From contig CAVSOU010000011.1 in the NCBI GenBank assembly GCA_963729625.1, positions 832,001 through 896,000 of the forward strand: a DNA stretch of 64,000 nucleotides. The letters run 5' to 3'. The position numbers and the translations under genes are program-made. This DNA comes from an uncultured bacterium (GTDB taxonomy: Bacteria > Chloroflexota > UBA5177 > JANWHV01). Under the pieces are notes generated by a model. The model was not told the origin of the DNA and did no database searches. It saw only the letters and a program-made list of their open reading frames with translations. This document shows, piece after piece, positions 10,085 to 19,726 of the stretch (within the stretch, counting starts at the first letter, position 1; every line of letters begins with the position of its first letter).

Positions 10085-11029
10085 ATGTCGCTCAGACTCG
10101 AGCCTGGTCAAACTGCCAAACCTATGCGCACGTCATCGATCCGTATGCTGTTCTACCGGCCTTCCACGCCGATGAATCTGCTGTTCATCCTGCCTGCGCT
10201 CGTCATATTCTGCGCTTTTATCTTGTACCCGCTACTATCGATCTTCTATCTGAGCTTCTTCAGTTGGGATGGCCTGGCCGGACCACGCGTCTACGTGGGC
10301 GCCGCGAACTTCCATACAGTGCTCTTCGCGGACCCCATCTTCTGGGTGACGCTGCGCAATACCGGCATCTATCTCCTGGTCGGTTCGGCGCCGTGCATCA
10401 CGGTCGGCTTCATCCTATCCTGCCAGCTACGCAAATCGGGTTTGGTCGGCCGGGTGCTTCGCTCCGTCGTGTTCTTGCCTTACGTGGTGCCGTCCATTGT
10501 AGTGGCCCAGATCTGGGCGTGGATCCTGCAGCCGGATTACGGCACGCTCAATTCATTTCTCGTCCAGATCGGCCGCCCCGACTGGGCGCTGGTCTGGCTG
10601 GGAAGCGCCGGCCTCGCGATGCCCGTGGCAAGCCTGATCGCAGCCTGGGCCGGCTTCGGCATCACCACCGTTATCTACCTCGCGGGAATCGGCCAGATCC
10701 CGGAAGAGATCTTCGAGGTCATGCGCCTGGACGGGATCGGCCCGGTGCGGCAAATGTACTCTGTGCTGTTTCCCCTGCTCGCGCGCCAGACGATCACGTT
10801 GAGTATTCTCAGCGTCACGAACGCCCTGCGTGAGTTCACATTCCTGTACATCTTGACCCAGGGTGGACCGGACCACCAGACCGAGCTGCCATCGCTGCAC
10901 ATCTTCAACGAGGGCTTCGATCTGTTCCAGCAGGGCTACGCGAGCGCACTGGCTACCGTGCTGTTCTTCATGACACTCCTCGTCACCGTGGGCCAGCTCT
11001 GGTTCTATCGACGAGCAACGGACTATTAG
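10085..11029 (+). CDS. Carbohydrate ABC transporter permease (MalF-like)
   Basis: LFILPAL, VFLPYVVP, variant EAA loop (IPEEIFEVMRLDG) and LTQGGP. Confidence 0.93.
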   Translation: MSLRLEPGQTAKPMRTSSIRMLFYRPSTPMNLLFILPALVIFCAFILYPLLSIFYLSFFSWDGLAGPRVYVGAANFHTVLFADPIFWVTLRNTGIYLLVGSAPCITVGFILSCQLRKSGLVGRVLRSVVFLPYVVPSIVVAQIWAWILQPDYGTLNSFLVQIGRPDWALVWLGSAGLAMPVASLIAAWAGFGITTVIYLAGIGQIPEEIFEVMRLDGIGPVRQMYSVLFPLLARQTITLSILSVTNALREFTFLYILTQGGPDHQTELPSLHIFNEGFDLFQQGYASALATVLFFMTLLVTVGQLWFYRRATDY

Positions 11030-11046
11030 GCGTAGGGAAGAAGGCA

Positions 11047-11904
11047 ATGCAGCGTTACCCAGCACGCGCCCAATGGCAGCCAGGACGCACAACCTGGTTC
11101 GTGCTCAAGGTGGCGGTAATCGTCGCCCTCTGCCTCCTCTACCTGTTCCCTTTGATCGACGCCCTGGGAACCGCGATCAAGGCGAACGGCACCAGCATTA
11201 GCGACCTCTCGGTAATCCCGGCCCAGCCCCATTGGGACAACTTCATCTACGTGATCCAACAGACCAGCTTACCGCAATACTTCAAGAACAGCGCCGTCAT
11301 TACCAGCCTCAGCGTCGCGCTGGTGGTCGGCTGCGGCGCGGTTGCCGGCTTTGGTTTCTCGCGCTTGAGATTCCCCGGTCGGACAGTGCTGTACATGCTC
11401 TTCCTCAGCGGCCTCATGATTCCCGTGGTCGTGATCGTGGTGCCGCTGTTCCAGATGGTGCGGTTATTCGGGTTCTTCAACACCTACGGGGCCTTGGTGG
11501 GCCCTTACACGGCGCTTGGCCTGCCGCTGAGTATCATGATCTTTCGCAGCTTCTTCGACGGCATACCCATGGCGCTGGAAGATTCGGCGCGTATCGACGG
11601 TTGCACCAACTGGCGCATTCTGTTCAACGTGATGTTGCCGCTCGCGAAGCCCGCCCTCATTGCCGTTGCCGTTTTGCAGGCGGTCACCAGCTGGAACGAA
11701 TTCCTGCTTGCCCTGCTGTTCATGACGCACGACGACATGCGCACGGTACCGCTGGCCATCATCCCCTTCATCGGGCAGTTCGGTAACCAGACAGAGTACA
11801 TGTTCGCCACGCTCCTGCTCATCTCGGTGCCGCCAATGGTGCTGTTCGTGTCGCTGCAACGCTACTTCCAGATCGGACTGACCACAGGCTCGATCAAGGG
11901 CTGA
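11047..11904 (+). CDS. Carbohydrate ABC transporter permease (MalG-like)
   Basis: YFKNS, AGFGFSRLRFPGR, IPMALEDSARIDG, WNEFL and terminal GSIKG. Confidence 0.95.
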   Translation: MQRYPARAQWQPGRTTWFVLKVAVIVALCLLYLFPLIDALGTAIKANGTSISDLSVIPAQPHWDNFIYVIQQTSLPQYFKNSAVITSLSVALVVGCGAVAGFGFSRLRFPGRTVLYMLFLSGLMIPVVVIVVPLFQMVRLFGFFNTYGALVGPYTALGLPLSIMIFRSFFDGIPMALEDSARIDGCTNWRILFNVMLPLAKPALIAVAVLQAVTSWNEFLLALLFMTHDDMRTVPLAIIPFIGQFGNQTEYMFATLLLISVPPMVLFVSLQRYFQIGLTTGSIKG

Positions 11905-11937
11905 ATGGAATGCTGGGGGAACAGGAGGAGACATACA

Positions 11938-13086
11938 ATGCGTAAACTGCCTCGAGACACCATGACGGCGCGCGAGCGAATCGAGACCACGCTGAGCGGC
12001 CAAGTCCCTGATCGCGTGCCCATCTTTGACCTCATCCACAACATCCCCCTGATAGAGCACACGACCGGCCACAAGATGACTCTCGACAACGGCCTGGACC
12101 TGTTATGCCAGACGATCGGCGAACGTCTGGATATTACCCGCGGCATCGCGGCCCCGGTGGAGGACAAAGTCCTCGAGCACGCGGATGGGTTCGCGTATAA
12201 GCAGGAGTGGTGGACCACCTGGCTCGTTCGAAGACCGTTCCATGATGTAGCGGGATTTCTGGACTACGTCCGCCGGAACATCGAGGAGCTTTATAGCCGG
12301 AAGAAATACGAGATGTGGACGTTCGCCGGCAAAGGAGACGTATGGGGTCAGGCCAGTGAATCGCCTTGTGACCAACACCTCCGGCTTCAGCAGAAGGTAG
12401 GCGACAACACCGTCGTATTCCCCGTCGAGAGCCCGGTCGGACTGGATACAGCACATGCGCGCGCCGGCCTGCAACTGTTCAGCTACGGTTATGCAGAGGA
12501 CCCGGCCCTGATCTCGCAATGGCTGGAGGCGTTGAACTGGGCAGAGATACAGCGAGTGCATGAAACTGCCGACGTCCAGCTGAGCCCGGTGGCACTTGTG
12601 TACGCCGACCAGGCCGACAAGAATCAGACTATCTTCTCTCCTGCCTTTCTGCGCCGGGAATTCTTTCCGCGCCTGGGCAGACTGGTGGAAGCCTGGCATT
12701 CGCACGGAATTAAGGTGGTCTTTCACTCGGACGGGAACCTGTGGAAAGTCCTGGGCGACTTCAAAGCAGCCGGCATAGACGGCCTGAACCCGCTCGAGCC
12801 GCTCTCTCACATGTACGCCGGTGACGTGCGAGCACAGTATCCGGACTGGATCTTGATGGGGGGAATCGACGCCAGCCAGCTTCTGCCGTTCGCTTCGGAG
12901 GAAGAGGTTCGGGGAGCCGTGCGACAGACAATCGACGATGCTGGGCAGCGCGGGCGGTTATGGTTAGGCTCCAGCACGGAGATTCACCCGGCAATTCCTT
13001 CCCGTAACGCTCTCGCCATGTGGGACGCGATCGAGACCTACGGATATTATGAAGACCGCTCGGTAGAGATCGGCCCTCGCGGGTAG
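11938..13086 (+). CDS. Uroporphyrinogen decarboxylase / MtaA fold protein (copy 2)
   Basis: MTARERIETTLSGQVPDRVP, YADQADK, FSPAFLR, FHSDGN, GLNPLE, LMGGID and GSSTEIHP; AGGAGG RBS. Confidence 0.88.
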   Translation: MRKLPRDTMTARERIETTLSGQVPDRVPIFDLIHNIPLIEHTTGHKMTLDNGLDLLCQTIGERLDITRGIAAPVEDKVLEHADGFAYKQEWWTTWLVRRPFHDVAGFLDYVRRNIEELYSRKKYEMWTFAGKGDVWGQASESPCDQHLRLQQKVGDNTVVFPVESPVGLDTAHARAGLQLFSYGYAEDPALISQWLEALNWAEIQRVHETADVQLSPVALVYADQADKNQTIFSPAFLRREFFPRLGRLVEAWHSHGIKVVFHSDGNLWKVLGDFKAAGIDGLNPLEPLSHMYAGDVRAQYPDWILMGGIDASQLLPFASEEEVRGAVRQTIDDAGQRGRLWLGSSTEIHPAIPSRNALAMWDAIETYGYYEDRSVEIGPRG

Positions 13087-13515
13087 GACACCCTTGCGGA
13101 CAGCATGAACACGCGGAGTGCAGGCACTGCGAGCGCGGGCGACGGCGATGCTGCGGCAGAGGCGCTTGAATGGGGCCGCGGGCTCGCTGGAGGAGGGGCT
13201 GGCCCCGGCCCGCCGCGGTGTCGCGCGGACACCGGCAGGGTGACGCCACTTGAGGTGAGCATGGTCGCCCGCCGGTTGGGCTCAAGCGTCCCCGGCGATC
13301 GGGGACAGAAGTCACGGCACCGAGGGGCGCTTCGACTCATGCCACCGTGACAGCTTGACGACATACTAGTGTCAGTAGAGCAAGAAACTACTTGTTCAAG
13401 CTCGTGGCTCGAGTTGAGCAGGCCACAGGAGCATGGCGGTGGCCTCCGCAATCGGCCACGCCGTTCACAGCTCGTCCAGACTCGGGCGCAGCACCGTAGC
13501 AGAAAGGCCAGCCCG

Positions 13516-13725
13516 ATGAACCACTCTTCTCCATATGCTCCGGCGGTCGTTCTGGCGCGACTGCGCGCCTGGCTGGCGGGTACGAGCGCGATCGAGCAGC
13601 CGCAGCCGCCCGCGCGTCACCTCTGGATCGTGCGGCCGGAAACGGAACCCCTGCCGATTGAGAATCAAGGTCCTGAGCCGCAAGCACGTGCAGCGCGCGC
13701 GGGCGGTCGGAGACCACGCGCGTGA
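13516..13725 (+). CDS. Small hypothetical protein
   Basis: AGAAAGG RBS before ATG 13516; 69 aa; no motif. Confidence 0.35.
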   Translation: MNHSSPYAPAVVLARLRAWLAGTSAIEQPQPPARHLWIVRPETEPLPIENQGPEPQARAARAGGRRPRA

Positions 13726-14157
13726 GCGGGTCGATCGCAACGTGCCCGTGATCGGCTGGCAAGCAGCCAACAGACATCCAGATTACTGACAAAGCTTGCG
13801 CGCGCTTGCTCGTCTGCGACGGTGAAGCTGTTCATTGGTGCGGCGGGCCGCAACGCGATCGCCGAGCCCGTGCGTGACCACTGGGCGAGCACCGAGCCCT
13901 GGCAGGGCTTTGCGATGGCCGCTCGCGAGGTGTACCTTCCAGTCGACCCTGGAGTAAAGCTGCGACGAGATCTCCATCGACACGCACGATCCTTGGGGCG
14001 CGGGCCTCTCGCCTGCCATCGTTTGGTGGCCGGCACGCCTGCGGATCCCACAACGGCTGGAGTTTGGTAACCGATTCTGCCATGGGGACTGCCGCGCTTC
14101 CGAGCACGCGCGACGAATGCTGCCTGGCGACGAGACAGGGCATCGGAGGGAAAGAGA

Positions 14158-14625
14158 TTGGAACCATACGAGTTGGAGCAGCTCGAACGATTTATCGTGC
14201 GCGCGAAAGCGTCATCCTACGTCGGCGAAGGCAAGCAGCTTCTGCCCTACCGGCTGGACTCGCATGATGTGCAGTACGTCGAGGGCGATTGGGCCTATCA
14301 CGACAGCTACGTGGGCGAGAGCGATTTCTCGGGCCAGGAAGTCGCGTACCTGCGCCGAAAGGCCGTCTGGGCCATGAACTACTACGGCCGTATCGTAGAG
14401 CCGACGGCCATCACCGGCGCCGAGGCTGGACGCGTGATCCGGGCCAGTCTCTCGGCCCTGTACAACGAGGGGCGGTTCCTGGGTGGCTACCGCCACCAAA
14501 GTGAGCCGTTCACCTACTACGACACAAACGACGGCGACTTCACCTGGTTTCACGGCAGGGAATGGATCACGGCCGAAAAAGGCCTGGTATACGAGTTGCT
14601 GTACCACGGCGGCCTCATCCACTAG
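14158..14625 (+). CDS. DUF5680-like protein
   Basis: FIVRAKASSYVG, YHDSYVG..DFSGQE, WAMNYYG, RFLG and YELLYHGGLI resemble DUF5680. Confidence 0.8.
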   Translation: MEPYELEQLERFIVRAKASSYVGEGKQLLPYRLDSHDVQYVEGDWAYHDSYVGESDFSGQEVAYLRRKAVWAMNYYGRIVEPTAITGAEAGRVIRASLSALYNEGRFLGGYRHQSEPFTYYDTNDGDFTWFHGREWITAEKGLVYELLYHGGLIH

Positions 14626-14740
14626 ATTGTCTTGGCTCGCGGACCACTACCGCGCGTGAACACGCCGTACGCCCCGCCGCAGCCGGAGTGCTGCGCACCC
14701 CACCGCAGTGGGGATCCCGTGTAATTCTTGTTACACTCAC

Positions 14741-14769
14741 TTGCCATTATCGTTCACGAAGAGTATATT
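14741..14769 (+). promoter_or_regulatory. Sigma70-type promoter of the MFS-MarR operon
   Basis: TTGCCA, 17-nt spacer, TATATT in an AT-rich intergenic stretch. Confidence 0.65.
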
Positions 14770-14837
14770 TCAGTTAGTAAACATTTCGATGACTTGTAGC
14801 ACCGCTACTCGGATCTTCTCTGAATGGAGATGAGCTC

Positions 14838-16370
14838 ATGCAAAGCCAAGCCGCGGCAGGCGCCGCGCCATTCCAGCTACGATCGATAATGATGCCCTTG
14901 CTGACGATCATCGTCGGCCTCTTCATGGTTATCCTGGACGCCACGGCAGTGAATGTGGCGCTGCCAACCCTGGTCAAGGACTTTCACGTCACGTTGACGT
15001 CCCTGCAGTGGGTCTTGACCGGCTACATGCTGGCCCAGGCCGCGGTCATTCCGCTGGCCGGCTGGCTGTCCGATCGATTCGGTGCCAAGCGGATTTTCCT
15101 CACGGCCATCGCGCTCTTCACACTGGGCTCCGCCCTCTGCGCGATCGCCCAGAGCAACGAGATGCTGATCGCATTCCGCGTCCTCCAGGGTCTCGGCGGC
15201 GGCTGTCTCATGCCTATCGGCATGGCGTACACCTACCGGCTGAGCCCGCCGGATAAGCGCGGTGTGGTGATGGGCACTATCGGCATCCCGATTCTCCTCG
15301 CGCCCGCGATCGGTCCAACCGTCTCCGGCTGGCTGGTGGAGTACGCGAGCTGGCGCTGGATCTTCTCGATCAACCTTCCTATCGGACTCTTCGCCATGTG
15401 GCTGGGTCTGCGCAAGCTTCCCCACGTCGCCACGCAAGTCGCCGGCGACCTCGATCTCCCGGGCATGATCCTAGGCCCACTGGCCTTCAGCCTGCTCTCG
15501 TACGGCGTGAGCGAGGGAGCTACCAGCTGGACATCCTTCAACACGCTGGGCGGCTTGATCGGCGGCGCGGTCGTCCTTGTGGCTTTCGTCCTGCGCGAGC
15601 TTCGTGCGAGCAAGCCTTTGCTCGAGATGCGGGTGTTCAAGTCAATCGACTTCTCAATCGCCGTAGTCGTGCAGTGGGTCGGCCAGGTCGCGTTGTTCGG
15701 CGGCATTTTCCTGGTTCCGCTTTTCTTGCAGCAAGTGCGGCTCTACGGCCCCTTTGACACGGGCATGGTGATGATGGCCCAGGCGCTGACCGCTGCCGCC
15801 TTCATGCCAATTGGAGGCCGGCTTTTCGATAGGATCGGCGCGCGCCCGCTCGTGGCTGGTGGTCTTGGCCTGGTCGCGCTTGGCACCTACCTGTTGACCA
15901 GGCTCAGCGGCGCCACTTCCGAGGCCGACCTCATCTTCCCGTTGATGCTGCGCGGCGCCGGCATGGCGTTGATGATGATGCCGCTGAACACGCACATCCT
16001 GAACTCCGCCCCGCGCAAGCTGGTGAGCCGCGTCACGTCGCTCACGGCGGCGCTGCAGAGCGTGGTCAACTCGCTGGCGATCGCCGGCCTGTCTACCGTG
16101 CTCGCATCGCGGCCGAGCTTTCATCAGGCGACGGCGCTGCTCTCAGCGCCGCACGGAACGGCCGCTCCCGCCTCTCAAACTCTCGGTCTGCCCGTTCCGG
16201 TCGCCAATCTGTTCGCGAGCGCCTTTAGCGACACGCTTATGGTAGCGGCAGCTATCTCTCTTGCCGGCGCACTACTGGGCCTGTCAATCCGCGGGAAGGC
16301 CAGGGCTCAGGTGACGACAGAAAGCCGGTCAGTGTCCAGCGAGACGCCTGCTCTCGAAATGGCGGGTTAA
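14838..16370 (+). CDS. DHA2 family (EmrB/QacA) MFS efflux transporter
   Basis: LDATAVNVALP, GWLSDRFGAKR (motif A), FRVLQGLGGG, APAIGP and WRWIFSINLPIG. Confidence 0.96.
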   Translation: MQSQAAAGAAPFQLRSIMMPLLTIIVGLFMVILDATAVNVALPTLVKDFHVTLTSLQWVLTGYMLAQAAVIPLAGWLSDRFGAKRIFLTAIALFTLGSALCAIAQSNEMLIAFRVLQGLGGGCLMPIGMAYTYRLSPPDKRGVVMGTIGIPILLAPAIGPTVSGWLVEYASWRWIFSINLPIGLFAMWLGLRKLPHVATQVAGDLDLPGMILGPLAFSLLSYGVSEGATSWTSFNTLGGLIGGAVVLVAFVLRELRASKPLLEMRVFKSIDFSIAVVVQWVGQVALFGGIFLVPLFLQQVRLYGPFDTGMVMMAQALTAAAFMPIGGRLFDRIGARPLVAGGLGLVALGTYLLTRLSGATSEADLIFPLMLRGAGMALMMMPLNTHILNSAPRKLVSRVTSLTAALQSVVNSLAIAGLSTVLASRPSFHQATALLSAPHGTAAPASQTLGLPVPVANLFASAFSDTLMVAAAISLAGALLGLSIRGKARAQVTTESRSVSSETPALEMAG

Positions 16371-16378
16371 CTGAATCG

Positions 16379-16912
16379 ATGGCAATCGAAACCGACGTAT
16401 CTGTAGACTCGGCGTGCACGACAGATCGGATCCCCTCGACAGAGGACTGCATCGAGGCCCTGGTGCGCGTGCTGCCGCGCGTGACTCGGGCGCTGAAGTC
16501 CCAGCTGCGCAGCAGCAAGCTCGGCACGCAGCATATCTTCCTTCTGATGACAATCGCGGACCTGCAACAGGCGAGTGGCGAAGGTGCACATCCGGGCGAG
16601 CTCGCCCGGCTCGCCTGGCTCTCCGGCGCGGCGATCACTGCCACGTTGGATGACCTTGTGGACGCAGGTTACTGCGCGCGCGCGCACACTGAGAAGGATC
16701 GACGCAAGGTACTGGTTCAGGTTACCCCCGCGGGCCAGAAGATCCTGGAAGAAGTGCACACGCAGGCCAAACAGTCGCTTCGCGAAGTCCTGGGAGACTG
16801 GAATGAACAGCGCCGGGTCGAGTTATGCCGGGTTCTGCATGATCTCGACGGCATCGGCACGACGCTGCTGCGCGCCTCGCATGCGTGCCCGGAGCGAGCC
16901 GCCATGAGCTAG
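16379..16912 (+). CDS. MarR family transcriptional regulator
   Basis: Winged-helix pattern ELARLAWLSGAAITATLDDLVDAGY..R..DRR..V.VT..G; lies directly after the MFS gene. Confidence 0.9.
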   Translation: MAIETDVSVDSACTTDRIPSTEDCIEALVRVLPRVTRALKSQLRSSKLGTQHIFLLMTIADLQQASGEGAHPGELARLAWLSGAAITATLDDLVDAGYCARAHTEKDRRKVLVQVTPAGQKILEEVHTQAKQSLREVLGDWNEQRRVELCRVLHDLDGIGTTLLRASHACPERAAMS

Positions 16913-17063
16913 CTCTACCCAAGTCCTGTCTCTCGTGCGCGCGCAACCGCCTCGGAGCGACTGACCTCCTTGCGTGTCACCTGGTGGGACAGTGTGAGCA
17001 AGCCACGACGCCTGACTTCTCGCCAGCCGTGGCGTGATCCCGTGCCGGTTGAGGCGGCAGAAC

Positions 17064-18035
17064 TCACAACGGCTGCAGCGCTGGCGCGCTGATCTCACCC
17101 CTGGCGATGAGCGATTGCACCGCCTCGTACACGGCTTGCAGCGACGTGTAGCGTGGATGATAGTCGAGGAGGCGCTCCGCCTTGGCTATGCTGCAGTTGG
17201 GGCTGTGCGCGACGTGGTCCCAAGTTATGGCCGCCTCGTCCTCCGCTACCGTGGCACGCCATTCGTCCCATGGCACGAAGCGCAGTCGAGCTTGCTGCCC
17301 AAACCAGCCCGCTACCGACTCGGCATAGCCGCGCAGGGTGAGCGCGGCCGGTGAGACCACGTGGAAGCTTTCGCCGAGAGCCGAGCTTCGACGCGCCAAT
17401 ACCTGCATGAACGCCTGCGCTACGTCGTCGGCGTGCACGTGATGCACCGTTTCCAGACCGAAGTTAGGCAGAGCCAGCTCCTCTCCGCGCGCCAGTCGCT
17501 CGAACACAAGTGGGTTGAGATTGCCTGCTGGATTCACGGGAAGCCAGCCGGGACCGACGATATGGCCCGGATGCAGGATGGTGGCCGGGAAGCCGCTTCT
17601 GTGCGCCTCACCGAGGACATACTCCTCGATAGCCGCCTTCTTGATGCCGTAGTCGCCGAATGGGCGACGCGGCTGCTCTTCGGTCGTCGGCACCACGGCG
17701 CTTGGTCCATGGACCCAGATCGTGCAGCACATCAGCATATGGCCGATCTCGCCTCGCAGCGACTCCACCAGCTGGCGCGCACTATCGGGCTCGAAACAGA
17801 TCATATCGACGACCACATCAGGGCGTAGATCGCGAACGCGGCGGCCAAAGGTGCCGGCGGCGTCTTCGGCGTTGCGGTCGACGACGATCCGGCGCACGTG
17901 GCGCCACGCGCCGTGCTCCTGGTACGGGCTGCTCTGGCCGCGGCTGAGCGCCACAACCTCGTAGCCGGCCTCGACGAGTCGAGGTACCAGGTAGGTTCCC
18001 ACGTGGCCGCTGGCGCCGATCACAACTGCGCGCAT
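17064..18035 (-). CDS. NAD-dependent epimerase/dehydratase family protein
   Basis: GASGHVG Rossmann motif, YGIKK (YxxxK) and HVHADDVA; GAGGAGG RBS. Confidence 0.92.
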   Translation of the reverse strand: MRAVVIGASGHVGTYLVPRLVEAGYEVVALSRGQSSPYQEHGAWRHVRRIVVDRNAEDAAGTFGRRVRDLRPDVVVDMICFEPDSARQLVESLRGEIGHMLMCCTIWVHGPSAVVPTTEEQPRRPFGDYGIKKAAIEEYVLGEAHRSGFPATILHPGHIVGPGWLPVNPAGNLNPLVFERLARGEELALPNFGLETVHHVHADDVAQAFMQVLARRSSALGESFHVVSPAALTLRGYAESVAGWFGQQARLRFVPWDEWRATVAEDEAAITWDHVAHSPNCSIAKAERLLDYHPRYTSLQAVYEAVQSLIARGEISAPALQPL

Positions 18036-18433
18036 GCATACACCTCCTCGCATTCAATGCCTGTACCGTCTATTCTCTCACGTTAGGCACGTCCGCTCAT
18101 ACAGTCCGAATCTGTGGGCTGCGCCCCACAATCGTTGTCGGGCAGGGAAAGGCAGGCCGATCGGCGATAAAGTCACCTCCTCCATCCGGAGGATCCGAGC
18201 TGAGCTATCCAGATTTCCCTGGTGGGGGCATGATGGAAGGTACCGCGGGACTGGTCTCATTTGCGATGGACGTAGCAGTTCGACAACCGCGCCGAAGTGG
18301 AGTACGATAGCGACCCAGCGAGCCTATGATTCGCCGCCGGAATACTCCGGGATCGGCCCTGCTTGCGAGCATGTCCGGCCAGCCATCGCTGCCTGTCTCG
18401 CCCGCGTTGCGAAGGAAGTGGAGCGTGCGCGGC

Positions 18434-19726
18434 ATGATGCATCTCCCGCATTGGCTGACGCAGCGGCAACGGTTCCCCAGAGTGCTTGCCCTGCTGTTGC
18501 TGCTTACCGGGCTGCTGGCTCCTGGCCCGGCCGGGGCGACCGCTGCCAGCACTACCGCGCCGACCGCCATCACCCTGGTGGGAGGCACGGCGACTACGCC
18601 GGTTGGGACGGCCGTGCAGCATGCGGCCGGCGCTCCCAGCACCTGGGTCTGGCGCAACCCGCTGCCGCAGGGCAACACGCTCAACGCCGTCGTCTGCCCC
18701 ACCGACCTCGCCTGCGTCGCGGTGGGGGACGCCGGGACCGTGCTCACCAGCGCCGATGGCGGCAGCACCTGGGTGCTCCGCCCCTCCGGCACCGGCGCGA
18801 ATCTGCACGGCATCGCCTGCCCGACCAGCCACGCCTGCCTGGCCGTGGGCGATAGCGGCACTATTCTGGCCAGCGCGGACGGAGGGGCGGGCTGGAGGGA
18901 TCGGTCGTACCCCACCGGCAGCAACCTGAACAGCATCGCCTGCCCCACCAGCAGCATCTGCCTGGCCGTGGGCGAGGCGAGCGACTGTCCCGCCGCCGCC
19001 CCCGCCGGCTGCCTCGCCGCAGCCGGCTATGACACGATCTTGGTCAGCAATGACGGCGGAGCCACCTGGCAGAGTCATAACCCGCCCGGAGGGGACAGCC
19101 TGGAGAGCGTGACCTGCCCGAGCGCGCGGGCCTGCGTGGTCGTGGGCTCGACGATCCTCACCACGACGGACGGCGGCGCCACGTGGAAGGCGAGAAGCTA
19201 CCCAAATCCCGGCAACGGCAGCCTACCGAACGTCCTGTTCAGCGTGACGTGCTACGCCAGGGACGCGTGCCTGGCCGTAGCTCCGCAAGGCGTCGCGGTG
19301 AACAGTGCCGACGGCGGGGCGACCTGGCGCTACCGAGAGAACTACCAACTAGGGTTTGGCGTTACCTGCTTAGCGGCCGGGCACTGCCTGATCGTGGGCA
19401 GCAACGGCACCGTCGAGACCAGTGACGACGGCGGCATCACCTGGGCCAACCGCGCATCGGGCACCACCTTAACGCTCCGTGCCGTCGCCTGTGCGAGCGG
19501 TCGCGCGTGCGTGACCGTGGGTGATGGAGGCGCCGTGCTGGCCAGCGCGGACGGCGGGACCACCTGGACCAACCGCGCGACCAGCCTCAGCGGCGCCCTG
19601 CGGAGCATCGCCTGCCTCACCACCAGCGCCTGCCTGGCCGTGGGCGATAGCGGCACCATCCTGGCCACCGCCGACGGCGGCGCAAGCTGGACCGAGCGGG
19701 ACTCGCGGTACGGCCAACAGCTTTGA
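18434..19726 (+). CDS. Secreted BNR/YCF48-like beta-propeller repeat protein (intact 5' part of a longer decayed gene)
   Basis: Signal peptide, WVWRNPLPQGNTL, then 8 repeats of L..(I/V).C....C.AVG..G.IL.S.DGG.TW. Confidence 0.8.
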   Translation: MMHLPHWLTQRQRFPRVLALLLLLTGLLAPGPAGATAASTTAPTAITLVGGTATTPVGTAVQHAAGAPSTWVWRNPLPQGNTLNAVVCPTDLACVAVGDAGTVLTSADGGSTWVLRPSGTGANLHGIACPTSHACLAVGDSGTILASADGGAGWRDRSYPTGSNLNSIACPTSSICLAVGEASDCPAAAPAGCLAAAGYDTILVSNDGGATWQSHNPPGGDSLESVTCPSARACVVVGSTILTTTDGGATWKARSYPNPGNGSLPNVLFSVTCYARDACLAVAPQGVAVNSADGGATWRYRENYQLGFGVTCLAAGHCLIVGSNGTVETSDDGGITWANRASGTTLTLRAVACASGRACVTVGDGGAVLASADGGTTWTNRATSLSGALRSIACLTTSACLAVGDSGTILATADGGASWTERDSRYGQQL

